From assembly GCA_040954595.2 (NCBI GenBank), contig CM082597.2, positions 5,895,244 through 5,959,243 on the forward strand: a stretch of DNA of 64,000 bases. Direction: 5' to 3'. The notes beneath the pieces are model-generated. The model saw nothing but the letters and a program-made list of their open reading frames with translations. It ran no database searches and had not been told where the DNA came from. A program made the translations under genes and the position numbers. How positions within the stretch are numbered: the stretch's first letter is position 1; every line of letters starts with the position of its first letter. The stretch is from Balanoglossus misakiensis (Eukaryota; Animalia; Hemichordata). Shown here piece after piece: positions 22,506-34,400 of the stretch.

Positions 22506-25500
22506 ATGCATGAAACAAAGAAACTCGGTGGTCCGACGAGATGGAAGGCCAACAGCGCCTGTCTAACGAAAAGCGGTGAGTGTTGTACTGTCTACATAGT
22601 GTGTAGCTGTATAGGCCCTTGGTCGCTTACTGTTATCATGATGTACTGATGTTCATCGCGAATTAATTGCTCTGACTAGCTGTTAGGAAGTATACGGTTA
22701 CTTTGCTATACATGCATGTATCATCAGATTCGACTATTTAATGTTGTAATATTAAATTACAACGTCGAGGCGTCAATATGGCTTTGACTTGCCTGTGCTG
22801 TGCAATGTGGGTCAATCGACAATAAGCTCATGTCCATTTCACCATTAGCAATGCAAAGCGATACATTTCCACGCGTGTGCGTGTGTATTGTAGCAATACA
22901 GCTGACAGCCGAAAATTCAAACCTCCATTATAGGCTTATAGCCTGGGCCTAGTACAATTTTTGAATTGAAATCGCCAGGGATCATCTGGAAGAGATAGAT
23001 ACGAATATTGCAATATTGATTAGGGGCCAGGGTTGATAATTATCAAACCATATGCCTAGCCCTGCGTACAGGTCCGTGTGTTCCCGGCGTTACACGGTGA
23101 AGGCCGTGTAACACCGGGAACACAGCCTTGCATATGCAGGGATAACCATATATACGTTGGCTATTTTGGCAGAAAACCGATTCTGAGCGCTAGACACTGC
23201 CGGACAGACAAAGAATCTGCCCTCTTCCCCGAAATCTTTCACCCATTCACTGTTATCATATGTTATCACCATTGCTCTCATTCGACTGGAGGTCTGTCGG
23301 GCCAAATATAAAAACTACCGCATGCCATTTCTTTTATCACACCATGCATACTGTCTATACGTTTATACACGTGGTAGCTTTCAAGTCACAGTTGATGTTT
23401 GCCAATGGTATGTGACTCTAGTTAATTCCAGCAAATTTATATTACACATAAGCCCTCACACTGAGTTTTATTTTTTTCTGATCACTGCGTTGCACCAATC
23501 TTTTTTTTCAATGTTGCAATACACTGTGTGTGTGTGTGTGGGGGGGGGGGGGGTGTTTTGTGCAAATTGAAAGCCATTAACTGCTAGAGATCGTTTTACA
23601 TGTATTTGATTTTGGGCCTGATATTACATTGGTCGTTTTTATAATTAGAGTCGAGTATTTATCAGAAATTTGTAGAGAGAAAAACATTGACAGATGCATG
23701 CGCTTATAGGCTAAATATTGAGTAATTTTTCATATACTAGCCTGAAATAACTGCCAAACATATTATCACGCATGTTGTTGATGATTCAATTGAGCTGCAG
23801 GGATGCGATGATTTGCATACAATACTCGACCGTAGATTAGGAAATGTATTCGTGGTATACTTGTAAACAGTCACTGAGAAAATATCACGTTAGCACGTAT
23901 CGCCTGCATGGTACGTACGTGTCTTGGCTGTGACGACACGCTTGTAATTGTGAACGCCTCCATCTTTTTTGTATTGAAAATTTCCTCGTGTATTTTTATT
24001 TTAATTCACCTACCAGCCTTACTATATTACGCATTATCGACCGCCTTATACGCACAGATGTGTCATCGTTGACTATTCCTTTGTATTCAAATCACGCTAT
24101 TTTCAGGCTTTCAACGTGAATATTTGTTGTTAACCTTGGCTCGTGGAGTGACCATGTCCTTGCTAATCGGTCAAGGTTATCCGTTGATTGGAAAGAGTAT
24201 GGGGCCGGGCGTCTGGTCTGGGAGTATTTTCAAATATTCTAAAACCTGGGTTGGAAATATATAGTGCTGAGGTCTCCTAGATTACACTGATATAAAATTG
24301 AAGAAAAAAAATAATCTGATTCAGAATGAATAAGATTTTAACTGTGTCTGATATAAGACGTATTTCTCCCTTTCGTCTATAGATATGGGAAATTTGGTTG
24401 TGTGGAATTTTTCCCTCCCGTATGTCTCAAATTAAAGGGACAAAGTCTCTCTCTCTCGCTGCCCCTTTTCCATTAATTATGTTTGATACAAGACACTGTT
24501 TGTATTATTCTACACGTGGATATATAGAGTGAATCAACATTCGACCACACACAACTTCCATCTCGTTTGTAGGATATGAGAGTAAAAACTCGCCCGAAAT
24601 GAATAAATGGTAGAGACCGATAATTCATTTTGGTGAGTTCTTCACTCTCGTATCTTCAAGTGGGATGGATGGTGTGTGTGGTTGAACGTTCATTCACTAT
24701 ATATCCACACGTAGAATAACAAACATTGTCTCTTATCAAATGTAATTAATAGAAAAAAGGGCAGCGAGAGAGAGACTTTGTCCCTTTAAGGGTTTTGTTG
24801 AAAAGTCCAGGAACGAGCATGGCTGCCCATGGGTTTCTCCGAGAGTGACAATGCACAGCCCGGGAATATTTTGGATTTTCATGCTCGCATTAAATATTTC
24901 GTGAGGTCCAACACCCCCCCCCCCCCTCACCATCCCTCGCCATCAGAACGCATGCGCCGTCTGTCAACAAACTTTGCGGACCCACAAAAAAACCTCGAGT
25001 TTTGCTTCCCGAAAAAAAGCCGACTTTGACATTGATTATAAAACTGGCGATGTTCAGGAGATCTCAGCAATATGCCGAGGTGGTGGAATGTGGCTATCGG
25101 GGATTGCAAACAATTCGGGGATTATTTCCGACGTCGTAGTTTGGTGAAATTGCCGTCGGAAACATACACAGGTAGGCCGTGTATAAAATCTTGCGTAATC
25201 GTGTCATAATACGTTCTGTCATAGAGGGACCAATGTCCTATGTTGTCGATAAGGCAAAGGTGATTTTTTTTTCAAATTGTCCGCCCGCTGTCTTTACAGG
25301 AGCGGTGATATTTTGCAAATCCACGGGGATGAAGTGTGCGTTTAGACAGGCGAAAGCATTGAACTGACTTTGTGTCGGGATGTCAGTTTAGGCCCAATCT
25401 GATTAAAATCAGATGTAGGGAACGACGACTTGGTTTTTTTATGCTGTCGCCTCACATTAGTGAGCACTACATCTGATTTTAATCAGATTGGTTTAGGCCC

Positions 25501-27892
25501 TACATACTGACCACCCACGTCATTCATCTCAAGGTCACGGTGTCACTGTCAGCTTGATACGGAATTGACAAGTGACTTATCAAAAAGTTTGTTGCATCGG
25601 TTTAAACCTCTTTTGTAGCCGTATGAAAGTTTTAACCATGGCCCTAGATAAAAAAAAACACTTTGTTGACAATGTTTACTTGTGTCCTCATAAAACGCGA
25701 GCTTTTTTATGTCCTCAGCTTCGAAATGATTAACTGTCCCAGTAGTGCGCATAACTTCTGGGCAATCACCCCATGGCGTGAGTTTACGTCATCATCGCCA
25801 GTGGTTCCAAAACTGGGTCACCTACTTATCTGTCGGCCCAGTTCCCAGGTCAGTTACTTGAAAAAAGTATTCTTAGCTCCCGGCTCGTCAACAAATAGAG
25901 TTGAAAGAGCATTTTACTGGTAGTCATGGTTACGATGTAACTACCAGAAGTCGGCTGCTCTTGTTTTGTACGGCAGTCCCTCTATCACATAAAATAGATA
26001 GAGGGACTCTGTTTGTACGCTAATCATCTTTCTACATTCTGTATCTGTTATGTTGACACAGTCGCCACCCCTCGCCATTGTTTTGAGTGTTTTGGTTGTC
26101 AAATTGTTGTTTGAAGGGACAGGCCATTTGAAATGGCGCGATGGGTGGGGGGGCTGGAAGACTTTTTGGAGGGAAAAAAAGATTTGGAAGGGACATCCTA
26201 AAAAATAGCCACATGCATTAAGTAGTCAAGATAAATGATGCTGATACATGTTTCGGGGGGGGGGGGGTCAAACTGCCGAGTGTGTCTAAGTATGTATGAG
26301 GCACATACGCATTTTAAGGGACTTGACACTCTAAACAGGTATGACACCCGGTAGCATTAGGGTTAATGATGTTACCTGACAGATCAATTCAACCTCACTA
26401 TTCCAGTTGAATGTGTGCTGATATGCAGCTGTGTTTACAACAAACAAACTTCGTACCTGGGAACACCAGGGCATTGCTCTGAGGTCAAGAGGTCAATGAC
26501 CTGTAAACCGGCAGGTGTGTGACCTTAGTGTCAGATGTGCAGGTGATTACGTGTTAAATCGGGGGTTTTTGGTTGTGGATATAAGACCTCTCAGGTGAAG
26601 ATTAGCAGGCGGGAAATAATCACCAAGCGAAGGAGGATATAAACCCTGGCTCCAGCCAATCAGCGAGCTGGATTCAAACCTAGCATATTATATTTTTTTT
26701 TTCATTTACAGGGTTTCTGATTATACTGGTGACAACAGGAGTTGCATTGCTTGTTACAAGGAACCTGACGTACAGTGTGGTGTCTGCTGCCGGCTGTTGC
26801 ATCTGCATGGATCTGCTGTTGCCGGCCGTTCTCTTCCTGCTGAAATGGCGAGGTCTAGACGCCGGCCTGGCGCTCTCGGTGCTCGAACACGTGGTCGTCA
26901 GCCTGCTGCTGCGTCTCCTGTTCGCCGCCCTGCAGGCGCTGATCGGCGTGGTCATCTTCGTTCCCTTGCTGATGTACCTGCTGCTGCAGCTGGTGCTGAT
27001 CTCGGTGTGCGCGGCCGTGCGGCTGTGCGCGACCATCGGAAGCGTGGCCTCCACCAAGTCCTGGGAGATCCTGCAGCCGCTCTGCCTGTGGGGGCAGCAG
27101 ATCCTGCTGCTGAAGACCCTGGAGGACTGCGTGCAGGGCCAGGAGGTGGTGTTCCCGCTGCCCAACAAGTGGCTGGCCGTCTCCGTCATGGTCATCATGC
27201 TGTGGTCCAAGTTCGAGCGGAAGTTCCCCCGGCTCGGCACCAGCGACAACCGCGTCCTCACCAGGTTCGTGCGGTACGTCCTCCACCCCAGCCACAACCT
27301 GGTCCTCTTCATGCTCGTCTTCCCCGCCAATTTGCACCCGGTCTACGTCGCTGTGGCGGTCCTCTACGTCGTCTTCACCGAGCGCTTCTTCCAGGAGCGG
27401 ATCGTCTCCTTCCTCGAGGACTACGCCCACGTCCTCCTCAAGTACGTCTATTACTTCATCCCGCACGTGGCGCGGAAGGTGTGGACGGGCCTGGAGAAGA
27501 TGCCCGGATTCGAGGAGCTGTACGTGCGCGTCGGTTACGAGATCGCCACGGCGTTCACCGCCGGCGCCATCATCCTGTCCAGCGCGCTGCTGCACAACTA
27601 CGAATCCGCCATCGTCCTCGTCGTGGTCTTCCTCACCAACGTGGCCATCCCCATGGGAACCGCCCAGGGACTGATACGCCAGCTGAAGGCCGAGATGGCG
27701 CGGCTGGAGCACTTCAAGAAGGCCACGCCCCACCAGTTGGCGCGGATACAGGACGTCTGCTCCATCTGCTGGTTGCCCATGGATACGGCCGTTGTCACGA
27801 GGTGTGCTCACTACTTCCACGCTAAGTGTCTGAAGCAGTGGATTGTCATCAAGGAGACTTGTCCACTCTGTAACAGGGATGTACATATCTAA
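22506..27892 (+). CDS. RNF145/RNF139(TRC8)-like multi-pass membrane RING-H2 E3 ligase, ~416 aa, 2 coding exons
   Basis: Join 22506-22575 (G|GTGAGT, phase 1) with 26712-27892 (TTTACAG acceptor) = 1251 nt. Several hydrophobic helices precede ATPHQL...DVCSICW..TRCAHYFHAKCLKQW...TCPLC. The first exon is less certain than the second. Confidence 0.75.
24432..24789. mobile_element. Foldback MITE family A, full copy
   Basis: TTAA on both sides and long inverted arms. Confidence 0.9.
25395..25490. mobile_element. 96-bp TIR element with 9-bp TSD gtttaggcc
   Basis: Perfect 24-bp TIR caatctgattaaaatcagatgtag. TSD at 25386-25394 and 25491-25499. Confidence 0.8.
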
Positions 27893-28149
27893 CCCTCCCA
27901 TCCCCTCCCACCCCTATTTCACTGAGTGGACTCAACCTTATTAAAACAGTGGGGTTGTATCATTATAGAAGCGGTTAAGAGATATGCTTTAAATGTCTGA
28001 AACAATGGATTGTCATCAAGGAGACTTGTCCACTCTGTAACAGGGATGTACATATCTAACCCTCCCACCCCTATTTCAGGAGTGGACTCAACCTTATTAA
28101 AACAGTGGGGTTGTACCCTTATAGAAGTGGTTAAGAGATATGCTTTAAA
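27824..28149 (+). repeat. Tandem duplication (~165-bp unit) of the last ~21 codons, stop codon and proximal 3'UTR of the RING gene
   Basis: tggattgtcatcaaggagacttgtccactctgtaacagggatgtacatatctaacc...ttattaaaac...atgctttaaa occurs twice in direct orientation. Confidence 0.9.
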
Positions 28150-28982
28150 GTCGTTAATTTATTGTTGCATTTTGAAGTTTTCTTTATGATACCAAGCAGG
28201 TCAACAACAAAAAAATTACAATTTAAGAAAAAAAAAAAACTTAAGGCAAGCTGTTGATTATGGAAGCTGACATATGTGATAAAACTTGTTCCATATTTCT
28301 GATAATAAGTAACTCTTGCCATTCGAATATCAAAACAAATCTTTTCACGAAAAAAATGACAAGTATGATCATGTTTATTGCAATTGAGACAGAGAAATGA
28401 AATGTATATTTTGCATATGTCGGTTTTATAATCAACAGCTGATATGTCAGAAATGTTAGTTTTGTTGTAGATGTCAGAATTTTTTTTTTAAAACCACATT
28501 CATTGTAGAGGAACATTTCTGTGACAGATCTGGTACAGGATGTCAGAAAAACAACTCATGGCTATAACCGGGGCTGCTGGACCTACTGTAAGACGGGAAA
28601 TTTTTGCGAACGATAAATTTTCGCGAACTACACAAGAGCCTCCAAAATGTGAAAAAAAGTTGTGTCAAATATTTTTCGGAGATAACGCTGCAGTGAAATA
28701 CGAGAACGTGAAAATTAATAGTCACATGACAGTTGCCTCTTTTGATATCGCGAAAAATTTCCTGTCGCAAAAATTTCCCGTTTTACAGTATCTGTATACA
28801 TTACATTGGACACAGTGTTGTGTCAAAGTCTAAATTGTTTCCCTGTGCTGCGTGTATGGTATCTATACAATGCTCTGAACACAGACTTGCTCAAGGGCTG
28901 AATCTTTTCTGCATAAATACAAATATTGCTTTTCAACTTGGTATCATCAAAACTCGCACACTTTCCTTAAAATTTACATGTC

Positions 28983-29687
28983 TTAAAGCCTCTATAGCTG
29001 CCAAATTCCACTTATTTTTTCCAACAGTAAAATACTTCAAATATATTCCCTATCGTCTATAATCTTCACCATTAAGCCATATTACTTGAATTTGCATCAG
29101 TTTGTCGTCACTTGGAGACGCATACCACGATAGCTGCGTACTGTTTGTATGGAGGCTGATTAAATCAGCGCGGCACTGTTTTAATACATAGCGTGTTCAA
29201 AATTGCAACATGCAGTCACAATCGGGCATCAATAAGGTGTTCATGTATACCTATCAGTAAGCTTATTTAGATGGACCAATTTAAGTTGGAAAATAAAATC
29301 ATGAAAATAATGCAAAAAAGTGGCAGCTCTAGAGGCTTTAAAGCTTATATTTGCTGTAACTTTTCAATATGTTTTCAGTATATTTGTTTTGTGTATCTAC
29401 TGCAGTTTCTTGTTCAAATCCGTGGTAAATGATTAAATGTCCAGCACCCAGCTTGTTAACATGACCTATATGTATAGTCAGCACTGTTATTGTGCAAATT
29501 TTTATTCTAGTCTGGACGAGAATTCAGTTGTAAACAATAATGGCAGTTAGATACAGAGGCTATGTTGACAAGCTGAGTACTGGTTATATATTAGCATGCT
29601 GTTTGGAGTGGAACAAGAAATTGCATTTTGTACACAGAACAGAAATACTGAAAATAAAGCCAAAAGATGCAGTTAATGTTCCTTCAA
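28983..29687. mobile_element. Two back-to-back Kolobok-type MITEs sharing the TTAA at 29338-29341
   Basis: The family C copy (28983-29341) is followed immediately by a degenerate inverted-repeat element (29338 to ~29687). Confidence 0.65.
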
Positions 29688-30253
29688 GTTTATTTTCACG
29701 TCATATATTATAGTTTATGATAGTACAGTAACATGTACTGTTTGTATTTTTGTTTATTGTATGCGCACATGAGATCAACCTGGTAATTAATTCTGAACAA
29801 GAAATTTTGCTTGTTTGCTGGACTACATCATTAGTCAAGAAACGGTTCTTTACGTGTTATATCAAACAAGATTTGATCTACAAATAAATAAGAATTATGA
29901 TTCACTGTTAGCATCGATTTCCTTCAAAAGTAAATCTGCAACTTTGTCGTTTTCAAGTAAAACTTGTCACACTACCAGTAACTGCTTAACAATTTCAAAT
30001 TTTTCAACAGTTCGATCGATTTAGATGATTATTTATATCATAACTTTAAAAGTTGAGCATTTTCAAAAATTAACTATTTTAAAATTGCAATACTTACTAC
30101 AGACTAGCCGACGAAATCACTAGCCATGCAAATCACTCAATATGTGAGATATTTGAAAAAGAACCAGAATATTGTGAAGAGAATTATTTCAGGGCTTTAC
30201 AAGATTGGCCCTGCAGTACATGTATGACTGACCGCAAGTCACAATTCTCCCAA

Positions 30254-30605
30254 CCTTAAATAGGTTTTTGGCTACCTAGGTGGGTGATAAAAATCTCACA
30301 TGGTCGACACAATTTCAAGATGGCCGATTTTTGCCATGTTTAAGGAATAAGAGTTCATAAGCTAAAGTGATGATGGGTCATTCTGAAACTTTTTAACAGA
30401 AAAAATAACAAAATGTGAAAAAAGTTTAATGAGTTTAATATGGTAACTACAAAGACAGGCATGTTTGACCAAAGGAAGTCATGAAATGCAGTAAACATAT
30501 CATTTCTTCTATCTCTTACTACATGTACTACAGTGGGTTGTCGACTTTTCGGCCAGAATGCAATGGGATTTGACCCCCTAGCGCAAAGTGAAAACCTGTT
30601 TAAGG
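30254..30605. mobile_element. Unclassified TIR element (ccttaaataggtttt TIR); partial copies at ~7020-7320, 11575-11700, 16130-16248 (inverted) and 48545-48700
   Basis: Termini ccttaaataggtttt / aaaacctgtttaagg and shared core ctaggtg.gtgat.aaaatctca...caagatggccgat. Confidence 0.75.
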
Positions 30606-31421
30606 CAGCCACAATTGTAAGATATTACAACAGACAATTTGTCCAAGCTGTTTGCTCTCTTTTCCCCCAGGCTTCTTGGGGCAGTGCTATGTATTATACG
30701 TGCAATTTTCAGATTTGTGAACAGTCAGTGTAGAGAAAGATAAATAAACCCCTGATTTTGTGAGAAATTCCCTGGCTGTTAGTTCTGTACCTTTCCTGAT
30801 GGCTATGTCAGGAATTGAAATCTTCTAATCAATGCCCAGAAACACACAATCTTCCATTCCATGATGAGTTTGACCTGAAGTCCTACAAGAAACAATATGC
30901 CTGCCCTGCTGGATTCAATAACTTAATATTCTTTGTACTTGTAGTACCCTGAAAAACAATGAATTTGGACCAAAGCAATCTTTGCGCACGGAAAAAACGG
31001 AAATTGATAGAAGCAATATTTTCCTTGCGGTTGGTATCAGTGGCAACTGCATATAAAGACCAGGTGAACACAAATAGGCATGTTGTAATGTTTTCTTTTA
31101 TTATAGAATGCACCGATTCTTTGTATTAATCAGCTAGATACAGGGCATTTCATCATGCTTCAGTAATTTAAACAAGAAACTGCAGCAGACACGCAAAACA
31201 TAAAATACTGAAACCATAGTGAAAAGTAACGTTTAATGGCACTGTAGTTGTATGTTTCATGTACATGTACAACCACCAGTGGTGTAAATTTTCCTTCATC
31301 AGGAAGACTGGGCTAGCTATGTATAGCGCCCTCATGAGTCAAGTAGCATTCCTCAACCCACCCATTGTCGCATGAGGGCGCTATAAGCCCCGCCCCAACA
31401 GTGTGATGACCCTATCGCTCA

Positions 31422-34400
31422 TCATTTATCACAATCTTCTGAGTAATGTTCCGTTTTCATGTCGTTTAGACCGAGGTCTTCATTCTGTCGGTGGCTTCGT
31501 TCATATTCTTCAATCGTCATCTCTGGATCAGCTTCTGGGGCGTACACATTCTGAAAGAAGAAAAAAAAGTTAACTAAACTGAATACGTATCATTTTTCAC
31601 AGCAGATAAAAACAGACCTTCCCATCAAATTTAGTCACAATCATGGTTTATAGAGTAGAATTGCATAAATAACTTTTTGCTAACGCAGATCATTCATTTT
31701 GTTTGTTTGTTTTCTTATTATTGCAATCAAACCCTACAATAATTATAATTTTTTTTTAGAAACACACGTACATTCAGCTACTGATCATTGGAATTGCAGG
31801 GGGAAAAAAAATCACAAACAACATGCAAGACTGCTGCAGAGTAAGACATAATTTTACACATCCCATTGTTTTTACACATTTCATGTTATTCCTACCTGTA
31901 AATAACTATTACCAGCAGGGTCATCCAAAACCACTTTTACCAAATGTTCACCAGAAATAACCTGTATGAAAAGAGATCAGAAAATTGAGTGTACTTTGTA
32001 AAACAAATAGTTTCATCCAATCCCTGTGTTTGCACTTTTTGTCCAATAAGAGGCATTTTTACTGTAGCCTATACTTGACCCTTTTCTTGTAGCACAGCAG
32101 GGACCTAGACTATTCCCTCTAATAAGCTCTCCCTCACCTTATCCAGTTTTGCGACAAATTCGTCCATTCTGCTCCGTCCTTCTTCATCTGCGCTATCACC
32201 GATCAGAAATGGATTGGTGGATTTCAGTTGGTCTTTGATGTCGGTCAGTAGTCCTTCCAGAGTGGTGAATTTGCCTCCCAGGGTTCCCATCTCTAGTTCC
32301 AACTCCAACTCGGGGATGCTGAACCCACACGTGTCTGACTGCAAGAGAAAGGTTTCCTCCCATTGTTATTTTTATAGTGTGAAAATGATTCAAGGGACAA
32401 AGTCTCTCTCTCGCTGCCCTTTTTTCCATTAATTATATTTGATAAGAGACAACGTTTGTTATTCTACATGTGGATATATAGTGAATGAACGTTCAACCAC
32501 ACACAACTTCCATCCCTCTTATAGACAGGAGAGTAAAAAAACTCGCCAAAATGAATAATCGTTCTTTACCATTTATTCATTTTGGGCGAGTTTTTACTCT
32601 CATATCCTACAAACGAGATGGAAGTTTTGTGTGGTCGAACGTTGGTTCACTACATATCCACATGTACATTAACAAAAACAGTGTCTTGTATCAAACATAA
32701 TTAATGGGAAAAGGGCACCGAGAGAGACTCTTTGTCCCTTTCAGGATCGGTATTTCTAAGGCAAATTGTGGTCGTGTGAGAACTAGAACTCACCCACAAG
32801 GGACCGAGGATAAAATTTCTCACACTCATCAGGGAATTTCTGCGGCTCGTGTTATACCAGGTTCCGACAGGGTCAAATGTTATGGGGGTCACACAGGCAC
32901 CATTAAGACGGTTCTGAAGCGTCTCAGATCAGATACCGTCTTAAAATATCATGTGTGGATGGTGTAAGTGGTCCTGAAACGTCTCAGATTTGAGACGGCT
33001 TTGCCGGCCAGACCTGAGCATAGGGTTACTTCTGTCAATTGGAAAACGGAATTGAGACGATGACAGAGCTCAACATTGATACATCAGTCAGGAAAAGGTG
33101 AATCACCTCGTCCACTTGTGCGTCAAATGACAAAACAAACACGGTCTGGCTTCAACACTAAACCTGTACTACACGCAAAATCCCCCTCCACGGTCAAACT
33201 TCACCTCTTAAAAACACAGCACCTCTATATAGTGGCCACTTTGTTACAGTCCCTCTGCAATTTACATATGCATTAATTGACCTGTCTATAAAGGCCACTT
33301 GTCTATAAAGGCCAGTTCAGGAGAGTCCCTTAACTGGCCACTATAGACAGGTTCGACTGTACTACAGCAGATCAACATCATCAGGCACCTGTGCATGGGT
33401 CCTAATACAATGTAATTGTTCTAACTGTGGCCAAAACAACTTTGCTGGCATACCAAATCCCCACCCCCAGAAATCAAATGGTTCTCCCCTAAGAAGCAAT
33501 ACAACAGATTGATTCCACATAAAGTGTAGACAGAATTGTTATCATACAATCAGCCACTGACTCACACAGTAACCTGCAATATAGGCCAACTCTTTCATTC
33601 TCTGTCAAAGTTTGCAACTGTTATCTTTGTGTAAAGAATTGTCCATTGTGTTACTTCCAGAACTGTTGACCCCAACTTGTGGGTGGATTCAACACCCCAG
33701 CCAGTTTAAAAACAGCTGTACTAGCCGAGATAAGAAGTGAATAGAAATTGCTGACTGACAGTTTAATCAAAAACTGTTTATCTAGCAAATGAAGCCAAAT
33801 GAAATGAAACTTAATTTCATATACAAGCAGCAAAAAATATAATAATGCGATCTGATGTTTTGGTAGTGTTGCTATAGTAACACTGTCAGTTGCCACCAAG
33901 TTGTCTTCAAGAAAAAAATTCAAATTTCACTATTGGTATAATACTATCCATCATGATGAAATATGGTTCCTCACACAAATTCTGTATTGGGAAATTGGTT
34001 GCCAGAGATGGAACTTTCATGCAGACACAATGTGTATGTTTATAATTTGCAGTGAATGTTTGCAAAGATTTGTGAAAATACAAGAAGAGACAAATAATTT
34101 GCAATGAATGTTTGCAAAGATTTGTGAAAATACAAGAAGAGACAAATAATTTGCAATGAATGTTTGCAAAGATTTGTGAAAATACAAGAAGAGACAAATA
34201 ATTTGCAATGAATGTTTGCAAAGATTTGTGAAAATACAAGAAGAGACAAATAATTTGCAATGAATGTTTGCAAAGATTTGTCAAAATACAAGAAGAGACA
34301 AACAGCTCACAATGTCTAATGAGTACCAAGAAATCTGGGACGGTTCATTGGTATAATGTGATGATGTGTCCCACTTTCAGTTCAATATATCGGTATTTGT

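Noticed and set aside
25960-26020. 12-bp hairpin agtccctctatc/gatagagggact with tttgtacg on both sides
   Set aside because: Possibly a minimal MITE, but it is too short, the direct repeats are not flush with the arms, and it is single-copy here.
26680-27901. Long overlapping ORFs (342 aa +, 348 aa -, 216 aa -) over the RING gene
   Set aside because: Expected by-products of extreme GC3 bias suppressing stop codons; no recognisable motifs.
31419-31424. TGA-TGA plus hairpin as selenocysteine recoding in ZPR1
   Set aside because: The protein is already full length and the hairpin lacks the AUGA/GA quartet and apical AA motif.
34042-34302. Regular repeat as a possible CRISPR array or repeat protein
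   Set aside because: Units are contiguous with no unique spacers, there are no cas genes, and the context is eukaryotic.
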